DNA of 63,757 nucleotides, the filler included. It is 8 parts of 8 records of this genome, joined end to end, with 100 filler letters (N's around TTAATTAATTAA, not from the genome) between each part and the next. Parts side by side here need not be neighbours in the genome. Positions count along the whole stretch, not along the records: positions 45,859 to 49,859 come from SRR7504441_2212; positions 49,960 to 57,393 come from SRR7504441_2214; 6 more parts are not named here. The stretch is one strand, 5' to 3'. A program made the position numbers and the translations under genes. The notes beneath the pieces were generated by a model. It was not told the origin of the DNA. It saw nothing but the letters and a program-made list of their open reading frames with translations, and did not search any database. Positions 45,985 through 56,827 of this stretch are shown here, in pieces (within the stretch, counting starts at the first letter, position 1; the number at the start of each line of letters is the position of its first letter).

Positions 45985-46758
45985 ATGCATCAGCAGGAGG
46001 ATCCTGTCACCCCGGAGCGCTCCGACGAGGACACCGGGCTACGGGCCGGAACTCCGCCCAAGCCGTACCGCCCACTGCACCCCAGCCAGACCCGATCGCC
46101 CCGCCGGCAGCGCCCGAGCGGCCGGTCTGGCCTGCCGGCTGCGGCGCTGCTCCCTCCGGAGCTCGAGGTGCTCCAGCTGATCGAGCGGGACGCGCTGGTA
46201 GCCGAGCTCCGCCAGGCGGCCCACGCGGCTGACCAGCAGCGCGAGCTGATGGCGGCCGAGATCGCGCGGCTGCAGCTCGAGCGGGACGAGGCGGCGGCGG
46301 GCGCGCGGGCAGTGGCGGGTGAGCTCCAGCGGGCCGTGGCCGAGGCAGAGCGGCTGCGGACCGAGCTAGACCAGCCTGGGCGGTCCCCGGCGGCGAGCGA
46401 GCTGGCAATTTGGAGGGGTAGGGCCGAGAGGGCCGAGCGGCAGCTGGCGACGGCGCGGGCGGCGCTGGGCGCGGGGAGCGAGCAGGCTGAGCTGGTGGGG
46501 AAGATGCGCCGGCTGCAGGACCGGCTGGCCGAGGTGGCGGGCGAAGAGGAACCGGTTGAGGATAGTCAGCCGGCGGGCGGGGCGGGAGGGAAGAAGACCG
46601 AGAGGCCGCCCTGGCGACCAGCAGGTCAAGCCGTGCTGAACTCAGCACCAAGCACACCGCGCGTGGCCCGGAGCGACGTACCGAGCGGATGGAGCGTGCA
46701 GAAGCCGCACAAGACGGTACTTCGGCCGCCCGCAGCCATCGCGCAGGTCGGAATGTGA
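45985..46758 (+). CDS. Hypothetical coiled-coil protein
   Basis: GC3-rich ORF with heptad-rich centre; stop followed by a GTAC-rich spacer. Confidence 0.6.
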   Translation: MHQQEDPVTPERSDEDTGLRAGTPPKPYRPLHPSQTRSPRRQRPSGRSGLPAAALLPPELEVLQLIERDALVAELRQAAHAADQQRELMAAEIARLQLERDEAAAGARAVAGELQRAVAEAERLRTELDQPGRSPAASELAIWRGRAERAERQLATARAALGAGSEQAELVGKMRRLQDRLAEVAGEEEPVEDSQPAGGAGGKKTERPPWRPAGQAVLNSAPSTPRVARSDVPSGWSVQKPHKTVLRPPAAIAQVGM

Positions 46759-46764
46759 TGAAAG

Positions 46765-46940
46765 CGTGTACACGTACTGTACGAACATGCTCGTACTCAT
46801 ACGTACGAGTACCGTAGTACTGTACTCATCAATCTATTGTACAAGTAAGCTTATTTTAGTTCATCGATGTGCGGACAATTCAGAAGTGTATATTACGTAA
46901 GTAAAATGTATCCAATATCGATGGGTTTAGCTGAGCGCAA
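46765..46940. terminator. GTAC-rich convergent 3' spacer
   Basis: Nine GTAC in about 80 bp (46765-46845), then AT-rich; lies between convergent stops. Confidence 0.45.
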
Positions 46941-46945
46941 CGACA

Positions 46946-47668
46946 TCACGCCGATTTCAGAAGCTCCGCGACTACCACGTCCACCGCACCGCGATGGGCA
47001 AGCAGCAGCGCCAAGTTTCTATCTCGATCCACAAAGCCCATTTGCTCCAATTCCTCCAGCTCGGCCTCAAACCGTCCCTGCTCCTCCTTGAGCGACTGTG
47101 CGATCGCCAGCTGCAGCGGCTGCTGCGGCTGTCCCCCGAGCACTCGTCCGCCCTGCTCGCTGGCCGAGCTGTTCGCCGCCGGGGGGTCAGACCAGATCCA
47201 AGAAACAGTGCTATTCACACAGTCGCCCACCGCCGCGGCCGCCTGCCCAGTCCGGGTATTCCACCGGCTCTTCCGCTTACCCGCCCCGTCCGCTCGGCCA
47301 GTCGCTTGCAGGTCTCCGTCGGCTGACACCCAGCGCCGTGCTGCCGTTCTCCGGTTTCCGTCGAGCCGCCGGCAGCCTTCGCACAGGTCCTCGCTGCACG
47401 ACTCGACCGCATCGCACAGCCCGTCACCGGCTGCTGCCCCGGCCGAGCTCCCAGCCACTGCCCCGCCCACCATCCCGGCGAGCATCCCCACTGGGCCGAG
47501 CACCATGTCGCCCACCACCGAGCCCACCACCGAGCCGCCCACCGAGCCGGCGATCGACCCGCCGGTGGCGTAGTTACCGCGATCGGCCGCGGGTTGGATC
47601 AGCCGGCCGCACTGCCTGCAGCTGAGCACCCGTCGCGTGACCACCTCGCTCACCGTCTGGTACGGCAT
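46946..47668 (-). CDS. Protein with CxxC / glycine-zipper / CxxC module, UIM and UBA
   Basis: CRQC..GGSIAGSVGGSVVGSVVG..LGPVGMLAGMVGGAVAG..CEGC; LQLAIAQSLKE; LEELEQMGFVDRDRNLALL. Confidence 0.75.
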   Translation of the reverse strand: MPYQTVSEVVTRRVLSCRQCGRLIQPAADRGNYATGGSIAGSVGGSVVGSVVGDMVLGPVGMLAGMVGGAVAGSSAGAAAGDGLCDAVESCSEDLCEGCRRLDGNRRTAARRWVSADGDLQATGRADGAGKRKSRWNTRTGQAAAAVGDCVNSTVSWIWSDPPAANSSASEQGGRVLGGQPQQPLQLAIAQSLKEEQGRFEAELEELEQMGFVDRDRNLALLLAHRGAVDVVVAELLKSA

Positions 47669-47739
47669 CGCAAGTCAACAAAAATCCTGGGGCTGTCGAC
47701 CGGCGGCGTGCAGGGGTCGCGGTGCTTGTGTGGTTAGCC

Positions 47740-48223
47740 ATGTTCGCCAAAGGCACGTTCAAGCGGCACACGTGCGGGCGCCGGGTCATCTAGCTGACGG
47801 GCTGCGCAGGTCGCACACGGAGGCGGCGCTGGCCAAGGAGGCCGAAATGCTCCGGATCGACGGGATGATGCCAAACCGGAGTATGCTCAATCGGTGGAGC
47901 CGGGCCAACTTCGAACAGCTGTGCAGGCGACCGACCAGCGCGGCGCGGTGCTCACCCCCGGGGCGCAGTGACCCGAACAACAAGAAGACACTCATCACGC
48001 TGTTCAAGACCATGATCGTAATGGGGGTGGCCCCGCTGCTCTGTTTCTTCCTGGTGTACCAGGGCACCCAGATTGTGTTCGGAGGTGCCTGCCCACCTGA
48101 GCGAGCTGACTGCTGGCAGCGGGAATCGATCGGGCGCTGATGGTGGCGGGGGTGGCTGCGGTGATCACAGTCAACGCGGTCTCACTCGGGTATGCGTATT
48201 ACGCCGGCTGGCTCGAGGAATAA
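47740..48223 (+). CDS. VMA21: VMA21-like V-ATPase assembly factor (3 introns)
   Basis: Spliced TM1 LFKTMIVMGVAPLLCFFLVY and TM2 AGVAAVITVNAVSLGYAYYA..EE-stop. Confidence 0.7.
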
Positions 48224-48743
48224 AGCTTTTAACACACCGTCGCCTCACATGGGGTGCAGCGGAGTACAGCGTTGCCCTCGGCACAGGATCCGCGCGGTGG
48301 ATCAGTTCTGGGACTGGCAGTGCACTTACACGTGATTTACACGTGATTGCGCATGGATCCGTTCCTCTTGCATGCCATGATCGTCACGAGCTCATGGCAT
48401 TTTATTCAAGCTTGATGGCTCGCATCAGCTCGATTCTTTCCTATGGCTAGCGTCTCTCGGTCGTGCATCTCTCGCTGAGAATTCAATCACTTTGACTGAT
48501 TAATTCTGGATTTATGTTAAATATTTGTTAAAAATACTGGTACCGGTACCCTAGTAACCTTAAGCTTACTCTTCGTACATGTCTGTACAATTTTCGCCAT
48601 CAGTTTACGTCATTCCGTATACCTATACCCGGAAGAATAGGTTCAGGTATGAGTACAAGTAAAAGTAGTACACCATGTGCACTCACTTCTTAATTTGTGA
48701 AAGCTTATTGCATCTGCCAGCTGCCTGCTAAACAGAAAAGTGA

Positions 48744-49859
48744 CTACTCGTCTTTTTTGTCGCTTTGGTTGGACTGATCGCTCGTGCTTGCCATCGTCAC
48801 CACACTCTCCACTACACTTTCGACCACCTCAGCTGGTGGTATCACTGGCACTTCAGTGTCGACAATCCGAGCGCGACTGTTCGAACTCTGCAACCTTGAG
48901 GCCAAGTGGTGGCATATAAGCTGGTGGAATTGATGCGCCAGGCCTGGATCCTCGGACTCGAGCACCGACACTGTTGCAGACGAAAGCTGGGCGACTGTAC
49001 ATGGGTCACTTGCGCTTCGGTAGACGCAATCGGAGCTCGAGCCGCCGAAAAACTCTTCAAGTCCGAACAGCACCCCCGGAGTGAGCACTCCGGACTGACT
49101 GCTGCTCTGCCAGGTCACAGTCCCCTCGACTACAACGAATATTGACACCGATTCCATCGCGGCGTCCATCAGCACAACCCCCTCAGGGTGAGAGCCAAAC
49201 TCGGCATGCTGCAACAGAGGCAGCAGGCTGGTCATGTCCTCGCCTTGATAATGCTCCGCAAATGCCATCAAAAAGCTCAGAGCCGTCTCCGGAGTGGCTC
49301 CTGCAGCCGACTTACCCGATTCGCGTAGCAGCGCTGCTAACTTGTCGCGTTTTTCTTGCTGCTGGGCCGCTGGATCGGTGCTCGCTAGTATCTGATCCTC
49401 ACACCAGCAGAGCGCCTGATCGAGGTCGCTCAAGTGGTTGACACGCCGCCGCTCTGTTTTCTCTGCCTCTGTCACTATTTCGAGCTGCTTCAGGGGCTTA
49501 GCTAGCCTTTGGCTGCAGCATATGATGATCGTGTCAAACTTTCGCGTCTCGACCAGCGGCGGTATCTTACGGAGACATTCTATAGCAGAAGAGTCCATGT
49601 ACGATACTCCAGAGAAATCCAACACCACGAATTTGGGTGGCGAATCGGCTTGTCGCATCAGCTGCCATGGCGTCCGCTCAGCCACACTAGGCCGGGCACA
49701 AGAATTGCCTGCAGTGAGTGAATCACTTGCTGAGCCGTCCCAAAGAACACATTCCCTGAGGCCAGCAGGTCCAGCAGGCATCGCCGGCTCGGGCGCACCT
49801 TGTAGCACGAGGGTGCGGATAGTATCACGCTCATGCAGCAGCGTGTTCATCTGCTCGCT
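48744..49859 (-). CDS. SulP/SLC26-type transporter C-terminus (STAS plus cNMP-binding domain); 5' end missing
   Basis: VVLDFSGVSYMDSSA, DLDQALCWCEDQIL, IFVVVEGTV..PGVLFGLEEFF. Confidence 0.8.
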   Translation of the reverse strand, partial: SEQMNTLLHERDTIRTLVLQGAPEPAMPAGPAGLRECVLWDGSASDSLTAGNSCARPSVAERTPWQLMRQADSPPKFVVLDFSGVSYMDSSAIECLRKIPPLVETRKFDTIIICCSQRLAKPLKQLEIVTEAEKTERRRVNHLSDLDQALCWCEDQILASTDPAAQQQEKRDKLAALLRESGKSAAGATPETALSFLMAFAEHYQGEDMTSLLPLLQHAEFGSHPEGVVLMDAAMESVSIFVVVEGTVTWQSSSQSGVLTPGVLFGLEEFFGGSSSDCVYRSASDPCTVAQLSSATVSVLESEDPGLAHQFHQLICHHLASRLQSSNSRARIVDTEVPVIPPAEVVESVVESVVTMASTSDQSNQSDKKDE

Positions 49860-49959
49860 NNNNNNNNNNNNNNNNNNNNNNNNNNNNNNNNNNNNNNNNN
49901 NNNTTAATTAATTAANNNNNNNNNNNNNNNNNNNNNNNNNNNNNNNNNNNNNNNNNNNN
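49860..49959. other. Artificial contig linker
   Basis: N-run with TTAATTAATTAA. Confidence 0.98.
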
Positions 49960-51520
49960 GACCAATGTGGTGCTGCTAGTGAGCAAGCCGATGATCATGT
50001 TTTTGTTGCTCTATGTCATTTTCTATTGCAGCACAATCCAGACACTACTATTCTACCACCAGTACCCTCTGCCAAGCGATTGGCGCTATTCTGAGCTCGT
50101 CTTCTGGTCCACTACTGCCTTGTATTCTGGTCTGATGCAGTGCGTGAGTTGTATCGTTTTAAAGTGGGGCTTGGTTGGCCGGCTATCGCCAGGTGATTAC
50201 ACACCGAGTACGTGGCAAAAGCTGCGGCACTGGGCTGTTGATTTCAACGGGCATCTTGCATGGTTCTTGGCGCTGCGGCTGATCGGAGACGAAGCAGCGT
50301 ATCCCAACATCTGGGGAATGCTCTGCGGTAGCAGTATTTCCGCGAGCTCCATGATGATATGCTGGAACATGGTGCCGCCATCCAAGGCTGATTTATTCAA
50401 GGTTGGCAGCCAGTCGTTTGTCTCGGCTGCGCAGTGTATTTTCGAGGAAAAGAAAAGTGCAGACACCAAGACCAGGAGCCTAGTGCTGATTGGCGACCGG
50501 AGTGAAGTCGGATATCATGCAGTATTAGGGCCAGATGTCACTGTGGAGTCTGATGCTTCTGTTGGGCTGCTGACATGGGTGCATCATACTGTCGTCGAGG
50601 AAGGCACAAGTTACTTTGCTGAGATGATCATGAGGCTCCACAGTGACGTGCAGCAATCAAGAAGTCATGCGATGGCATGCTCACTCGCATTTGTTGCGTT
50701 CTTCTGTCGGCTCATCTGGATCGGGATGCTGGTGGCATGCCTGATTCCGGCATACGAATTTGAGATGCATGTGCTGTATGGAGAAGCAGCGATGGCCAAC
50801 TATAAGCAGTGGAATGGCGGGATCGAACGATACAGTGCTATTCTTCTAGTCAGCGTGTCGTATCTCATCACTACGATTTGCATTGCGCTCTTGGGAGTGC
50901 TGATGGCATTTCTGGTCATGAGTAGGGCAAGCAGACTGGTCACTGAAGGCCCGAGGGTTCCCTTCTTGTATTTGACGATGCAAATCACGTACGTATTAAT
51001 CAAGGAATTCCTTGCAATCCTTCTGAACGGCACTGTGGTTCTTGTGTGGCTATATCGCATGATGGGAGCCGAGATGCTCGCTGACGACACCTACATCAAC
51101 AACGTAATGCAAATGGAATATAATTTGCTCCAAGTCTCGCCTGGGTGTGTGATCAACAGTGCATCTGTCACTGGGCATAAATACGCCAAGGGGCAGATGA
51201 CTTTTGACTTCAATGCGATCAAAGATGCCACAGAGGTGCGACAAGGAGCTGTGACTTGGGCTGGCAGCATCACCGGGCCTAATGTCACCTTGGGCTCTGG
51301 AAGTTTCCAGACAGTCTCTTTAACACCACGATTTGCTGATACTGCGGAGAACGCCCGTGTGTTGCTGCAAGGATGCCCAGCTGACAACCTATCAGACCGG
51401 GAAGGGCCATTTGGAGGTGGAATGGTTGATGAGGACGAGCTAGCAGCCGTCTTGAATTCAAATGCATCCACCCCGACTACCCATGAATCGGAAGCTCCTT
51501 CTACCTACAAAAGTACATAG
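49960..51520 (+). CDS. C-terminal part of a Pls (poly-epsilon-lysine synthetase)-like membrane NRPS with hexapeptide/beta-helix units
   Basis: LKWGLVGRLSPGDY..W..LRHW, CGSSI, DLFKVGSQSFV, IGDRSEVG..AVLGPDVTV, WLYRMMGA; alternating TM pairs and beta-helix segments. Confidence 0.7.
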
Positions 51521-51582
51521 TTTTATACAAAAGTACATACGGTAGTTTTTATTCGTATACGTACGGTAGTTTTTACTCGTAT
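51506..51582. repeat. Two short direct repeats in an AT/GTAC-rich 3' spacer
   Basis: TACAAAAGTACATA x2 and TACGGTAGTTTTTAYTCGTA x2. Confidence 0.75.
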
Positions 51583-51677
51583 GAATTCGTATAGTATTCG
51601 TATACATGTACGTCTGTACGCGATCTTTAGTCTATCACATGATTGTAAAGGCCGACAAAAATTTGTAAGCCGTTTGC

Positions 51678-52892
51678 CTAGATATAAAGGCCAAGCCTCG
51701 TGGTCACCTGGGAGGTGGGACAAGCAAAGTACACGGTCTCGTTATAATTGCAGCCGAATGCAAACCACACAATTTGCTCAACCAAATTCGAATCTTTGAT
51801 GTAAACCTTGAGGACAAGAAAAGCAGTAGCCAACCAATGAAGTGCTTCACCGTGTGCTCGCCCTATTTGCTTGATCACTATATCTCTACAATGCTTTAAC
51901 GACAGGCCATCGTTGCCGTCAGGCAACACATCAAGGAGCCTTGAAGCCTCAAGGTTTGAAGACAAACAGTGATGCAGCACCTGCAAAAGCTATGCATTGT
52001 TGGTGGCCTGGGTGCTCACCGAATCGTGTGGCATCAGGGCCAAGAGATGAAGGCAGAAGTCCATCTCTGCCTCCGTTGCTGTCTCGTCGACTTGTTTCGG
52101 CTTGAGTCCTGCCTCCACCAGCTTATGCAGACCTTCAAATCCAGGAATCGGTTTGCCGTCGAAGCCGTCCACAGTGTCTAGTAGATCTCCATGAGGACTG
52201 ACGATGTTTCCGTCAAACTCGTTCTTTTCTGGATCGGCACCATTTGCAAAGAGCAGTGCAGCCATTGGGGTCCGAAGAGTGAGGACTGAGCGCTCGAGAG
52301 CAGTCATGGAAACCATCCAACTATCACATCCTGAGTTGGGATCTTTCCCATCCGCGAGCATCTGTAGCACGGTGGCGTAATCGCCCGATCCCGCTGCTTC
52401 ACACAGCTCTTCTTGGTGTTTCCAGAAGCTGAAATCTGGAAGCTCTTCTCTCATCGCAGCGAAATCTGTGACCGAAGATGCAAGGTCTTGCAACAACTTC
52501 TGAACCTCATCCATTTCTCCCAACACTCCTGCGGGCAGCACTGGGACGATGACATCAGGTTCAGCTTCCACACTTTGGTCGCCACCGTCCGACTCGCCGC
52601 ACGCTGTCACGGTCACGGTCTCGCCTTCAGCAAAGATTCCATTCGCAAAGACGGTGGCCTGCAAAGCCTCGGTCTCACGCGTCTGCGCATCCAGTCTGGT
52701 CTGCAGTTCGAGCACCTGGTTCCTCAGCTCAGAATTCTCCGCTTTCAGACGCTCGTTCTCCACTTTCAGCGTTTCATTTCTCACCTGGTGGCTCCTGCTG
52801 CAACCGATGCATGTCTTCGGTGCACTCGGCCTGAACTCGCTAGGTGGGCGCATGCACTTGCAGCTCGAGCAGTACCGGTCTGGCCCGTCCAT
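51678..52892 (-). CDS. C4 zinc-finger + coiled-coil + ankyrin-repeat protein (1 intron near 52020-51982)
   Basis: YCSSCKCMRPPSEF..KTCIGC; coiled coil; LCEAAGSGD..V.QML..GKDPN and TALERSV...AALLFANGADP; a GTGAG..TTGCAG intron joins the 51678 ORF. Confidence 0.72.
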
Positions 52893-53011
52893 GTGCACTC
52901 AACTGTGCGTAGAGAAAGCCGCTCCCAGTCCCCGTGTCCCTCATCTTTCCGGATTCCGGACAGCCCAAAGTAACGACTTTTATAACCGACTTTCTCGGTG
53001 GCTCCAAGCCC

Positions 53012-55579
53012 ATGAAGCGATGCCGGCTGCCCGGCTGCGATCTGGCGGTGTGGGAGGACCCGGCCACTGGCGAGCACAAGGACTTTTGCGGCCGCAAGCA
53101 CGCCCGGCTGTTCCCGGGGCGCTCAGTCGTACCAGCCTGCTTCCCGGTGGAGTTCGCCGTGGCGGTGCTCGTGGCAGGCCGCAAACTCGCCGCTGAGCCG
53201 CACGACCTGACCACGCTTAAAACACGGGCCGCGGCAGCCATCTCGGGGCGCCGACTGCAGGAGCCTGATGCGAGTCTGCTGGGGCTGGGGGAGCTGGTGG
53301 CCGAGCAGGCGCTGCTCTGCGGCCGAAAGACCGAGCGTGGCAGCCCTGTGTTTCCTGTGCTGGATGAGCAGGCGCAGACCGAGGCGATTGCGGCCGCTGT
53401 GGTTAAGTGGGAGCTGCTACAGCAGCAGATAGGGGCGCAGGAAGCCGATATAGAACTATATTCGGACCGCCCGGCTGTCAGTGAGCTGCAGCTTCGGGCC
53501 CGGTGGCCGATATACCAGTATAAAGCTCGATTGGTGCCGTCCGAGGCTAGGCTGGTGCCTTGTGACATTGAGCTCGACTCTGAAAGCGGGAAGCCAGCCC
53601 GGCGTGCGCTACTGCACTTCTTTGGGAGCAGAGACAGGTTTCTGCTTGTCCAGGGGGCCGACTGTAGGCAGACTTCGGAGGCGTGCGGGGTCCGACGCCA
53701 GTATACGCTGCTCGGACGGAGCTATGAGTACCTGATGGATAAGGATGCTGGTGGCAATTTCACATTAAGGTATTTCGCGCCTCTGCGGTCATCACAGTGC
53801 GGCTGGCTGGAATCTACTAGTAAGCTGCTTCGGTCGCCACCATTTGGTGACTATAGCAATGTGCAAATTGGGAGGCTCGGTGACAGGATTGGACTGGCGT
53901 TCTCTCTGACGAAGCCTGTAGTGGCGCTAGAAAGACCGAGGCTGTTAGATGCGGTCTATCACCATGGATTTGATTTCTGCGACGGACAGGGTCAGTTCGG
54001 AGACGATGTCCGAGAGCATGTCAGGGAGGCCTTCCAGCTGCCCGAGCTTCCGGATGCACTCCAAATGCGAGCGTTTGGCGCAAAGGGGGTGCTAGTCCAT
54101 ATGCCAGGTACTCGGGGAATTGGCCTGCGGCCATCGCAAATCAAGTATAAATCTTCGCATGCTGTACTCGAAGTCAATATGGTGGCAAAGGCGGAGAGCA
54201 AAGACTACGAATTGCCGCGGCAGTTTCTCTACTTGCTCGAAGCACTCGGTGTGCCAGCCCAGCGCTTCTGTCGGTTACTGGTGGAGGGATACGAGCACAA
54301 CATCCGGGGTGCACTGCACCATAAGAAAAAGCCCAACCAGAAGATAAAAAACCTGGAGCAAATCAAACTGCACGTGAAGCACGCAGAAAAGAAGCTACGG
54401 CTGCCACTGCCGATAAAGTCTGCGGGCTGCCTCCTCTTGCTCGGGGTGGTCGATGAACATGACTGTCTCCAGCCTGGGGAAGTTCTAGTGAATGATGGCA
54501 GCGGTTACACAGAGCGTTCCGGTGTGCTGGTGGGCCGGTCGCCGGCATACCACCCGGGCGACCTGCAAATGCTCGTAGCGGTGCCTAAACCGGGGGTGTT
54601 GATTTCGAAACAGGTCTCTCGCAGAGGATGCATTGTTTTCTCTGCCAAGGGCACCAGGCCAGTATTTGACGGGATGGGGCGGGGGGATGTTGACGGAGAC
54701 AAGTACTACATTCTTCGTGAAAACAGCCTCTTCCCACCACCTTCTGAGCATAATGAGGCGGCGGACTATGGCTCACAGACAGAGGAGCCACGCCATCTTG
54801 ACCGAGCATGCAGTCCTGGTGCTGACCATCATGACGCTGATTCGCATGGAGCATTTGCTCTGATGGAGCGGCTGCTGAAGCCGCATGTGGGTGGGCTTAG
54901 AGCGCTAGGACAGCTGGTGATGGAGTGGATGGTCACTTGCGATCAGTTGGGTGCCACTTCGAACGCGGCCAAGGATCTTGTCAATCTTGTCTTAGACGCA
55001 CACAGTGTCCGCACCCTGTCAACCGAGGAGCTCGATGGCTTTGAGAAGGAGTGGTTTGACAAAGTTTCGCTGTCAAGTCAGTCACACCCTGAGTACCTCC
55101 ACAGGAACCAGGCGGATCAAGGCGCCGAATAACATTCTGTGGTGGGTGTAATGGCGTACATCAATCAAATGATTACAGATAACATAGACTTGGCACTTGA
55201 GCAGCTGCGTGTGCAGCCGGATAGCAATGTCCTTGATTTCATCATGGCCCAGCTGGGTGAAGCCATGAACCAGCTCAACTCGCATCTGCAAGAGCTTGAG
55301 ACTCACAGAGCGATTGCACGGTCGGCGCTGTCTGGTGAGCAAGCTGGTCAAACTGCTGCTCCTTGCCGCAATGTTGCAGCACGCCTAGCCAGGGACAGAG
55401 ACCTTGCAAGGGAGTTGGATGAGTCTGAGCTAGAGCAAATGTCGATAGAGACTTTGCAGGCGTTTCTAGACGAGCTCAAAGGTCGATGTCAGGTCGCTCG
55501 TGAACGTGAAGAGAAACGACAACTAACTAGACGAATGGGGCAAGTTTACGCTGCTTTGGAGATGAAACGGCACGCATAG
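53012..55579 (+). CDS. Eukaryotic RNA-dependent RNA polymerase (RNAi RDR/QDE-1 family), divergent, with in-frame TAA at 55130-55132
   Basis: DGQG, QMRAFGAKGVL, LRPSQIKY, LEALGVP, GVVDE..LQPGEV, VLVGRSPAYHPGDL, CIVFSAKGTRP and catalytic GDVDGDKY; the 55139-55579 ORF is in the same frame. Confidence 0.9.
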
Positions 55580-55701
55580 ATGATTGTGCCGTACATGATT
55601 GTATTGTGGGGCTTATGGAGTGAGTACAGTACTCATCCCGGTAAGTAACCGTGGAGTGCAATTTCTGATTATAAAATTAATAGATGCATCTAAATACGAA
55701 G

Positions 55702-56758
55702 TTACAACAAAGGCGAAGATGACCAAGAAGCGCTGGGCCGGCACGCGGACTGAGACGACTCGTACGATAACCCATATGACCCTGTCGGTGTGCTGCCAGC
55801 ATAGTTCCACCAGCATTCTCGGGCCCAGTCTCGTCGCCCTGGCGTGTGACCGGCAGCTCTCTTCTTCAGCTCTCTCTCGAGGGTTCGCTGCCAATCATTT
55901 GGGCCAGTGCTGATGGGAATCGGCCTCGGTGCTGAGCGCGGCTTCGGGCTGCTCCTTGCAGCCCAGCCTGCGCCTGTGGCCCAGTGGCCTTGTGAACCTT
56001 TGGCACTCTGCTGGAGGCAATGCTCGGCAGCGTGAGCTCGGACCGCAGCCGCCGATAGGTTGGCCTTTGCGCTCACGGCCTGGCTCCATGCCTGGTGCCG
56101 GCACCAGCTGACCGGGCGGGGCTCGTACGAGACCCTGGCCTGCCGGCGCTCATCCTTGCGGCGCTGCAGGAACTCTGCGGCTAGCTGCTCGGGAGACACT
56201 GGCCCGCTCTCTTTGCCCTCGGTCTCCTCTGAGATAAACCGCGCCAGCTCCTGGTCCAGGAGTCACGTTACGGGGATACGGGGGCGCGACCTCGCTTGCC
56301 AGGAACTGCTCGAAAGGCACCCGGAGCTTCTCCATCCCAGCGGCGAGCAGCGCCACCACCGCCCCATTCCGCACCTGCCGCCCTCAGGTCAGTTTGGCTC
56401 GGGCTCCGAGTCGGCCTTGGGGTCGTAGCTGGGCATCGGGAAGGCCTCGGTGCCCAGCCCGAAATGCTCGGGCGCGTCGGGCAGCAGGTATTTGTGCATC
56501 AGCCCGTGGGCGATCTCGGCTTCCTTGGGCCCATTCTGGTGCCGGACGCATCGCGCCGCGTCAAAGCAGAAGTTGAGCAGGCTCTGCATGGGCGGCGGGC
56601 CCTCCTGCGGCTCCCTGCTCGCAACAAACTGCTCCCCAGTCAGAGTGCGGTCGGGCACAGAGGCTCCGGACCCGACAGAAGTGGGCGAAGGCGAGTGCGT
56701 TGCCAAGGAGATCGGCGAGGCTCATTGGGCACTCCTTCCGCCGTGGGAGGTGCGACAT
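55702..56758 (-). CDS. RGS-domain protein (several introns; 3' end approximate)
   Basis: Spliced SLADLLGNALAFAHFCRFV..LLNFCFDA..AHGLMHKYLLPDAPEHFGL..VVALL...FEQFLASE matches the RGS helix pattern. Confidence 0.6.
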
Positions 56759-56821
56759 GCGACAGGGTGAGCGCTGAGTGTCCCTCCACTCAGGCACTGA
56801 AGCCCAACCGCACAGTTCTTC

Positions 56822-56827
56822 CAACGG
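56822..56827 (+). promoter_or_regulatory. YAACGG element upstream of the RGS gene
   Basis: CAACGGC 64 bp upstream of the ATG at 56758. Confidence 0.45.

Noticed and set aside
51506-51582. Short direct repeats as a CRISPR-like array
   Set aside because: Only two copies of each, no regular spacers, eukaryotic 3' spacer context, and no cas genes.
4972-55132. Possible stop-codon reassignment, suggested by the RdRP in-frame TAA and many broken ORFs
   Set aside because: TAA, TAG and TGA all end well-supported genes (4972, 6995, 20757, 48221), and the broken ORFs are explained by micro-introns.
51500-55700. RdRP region as an integrated RNA virus or transposon
   Set aside because: The enzyme is the cellular DxDGD double-psi-barrel type rather than a viral GDD palm polymerase; no terminal repeats, transposase or capsid gene were seen.
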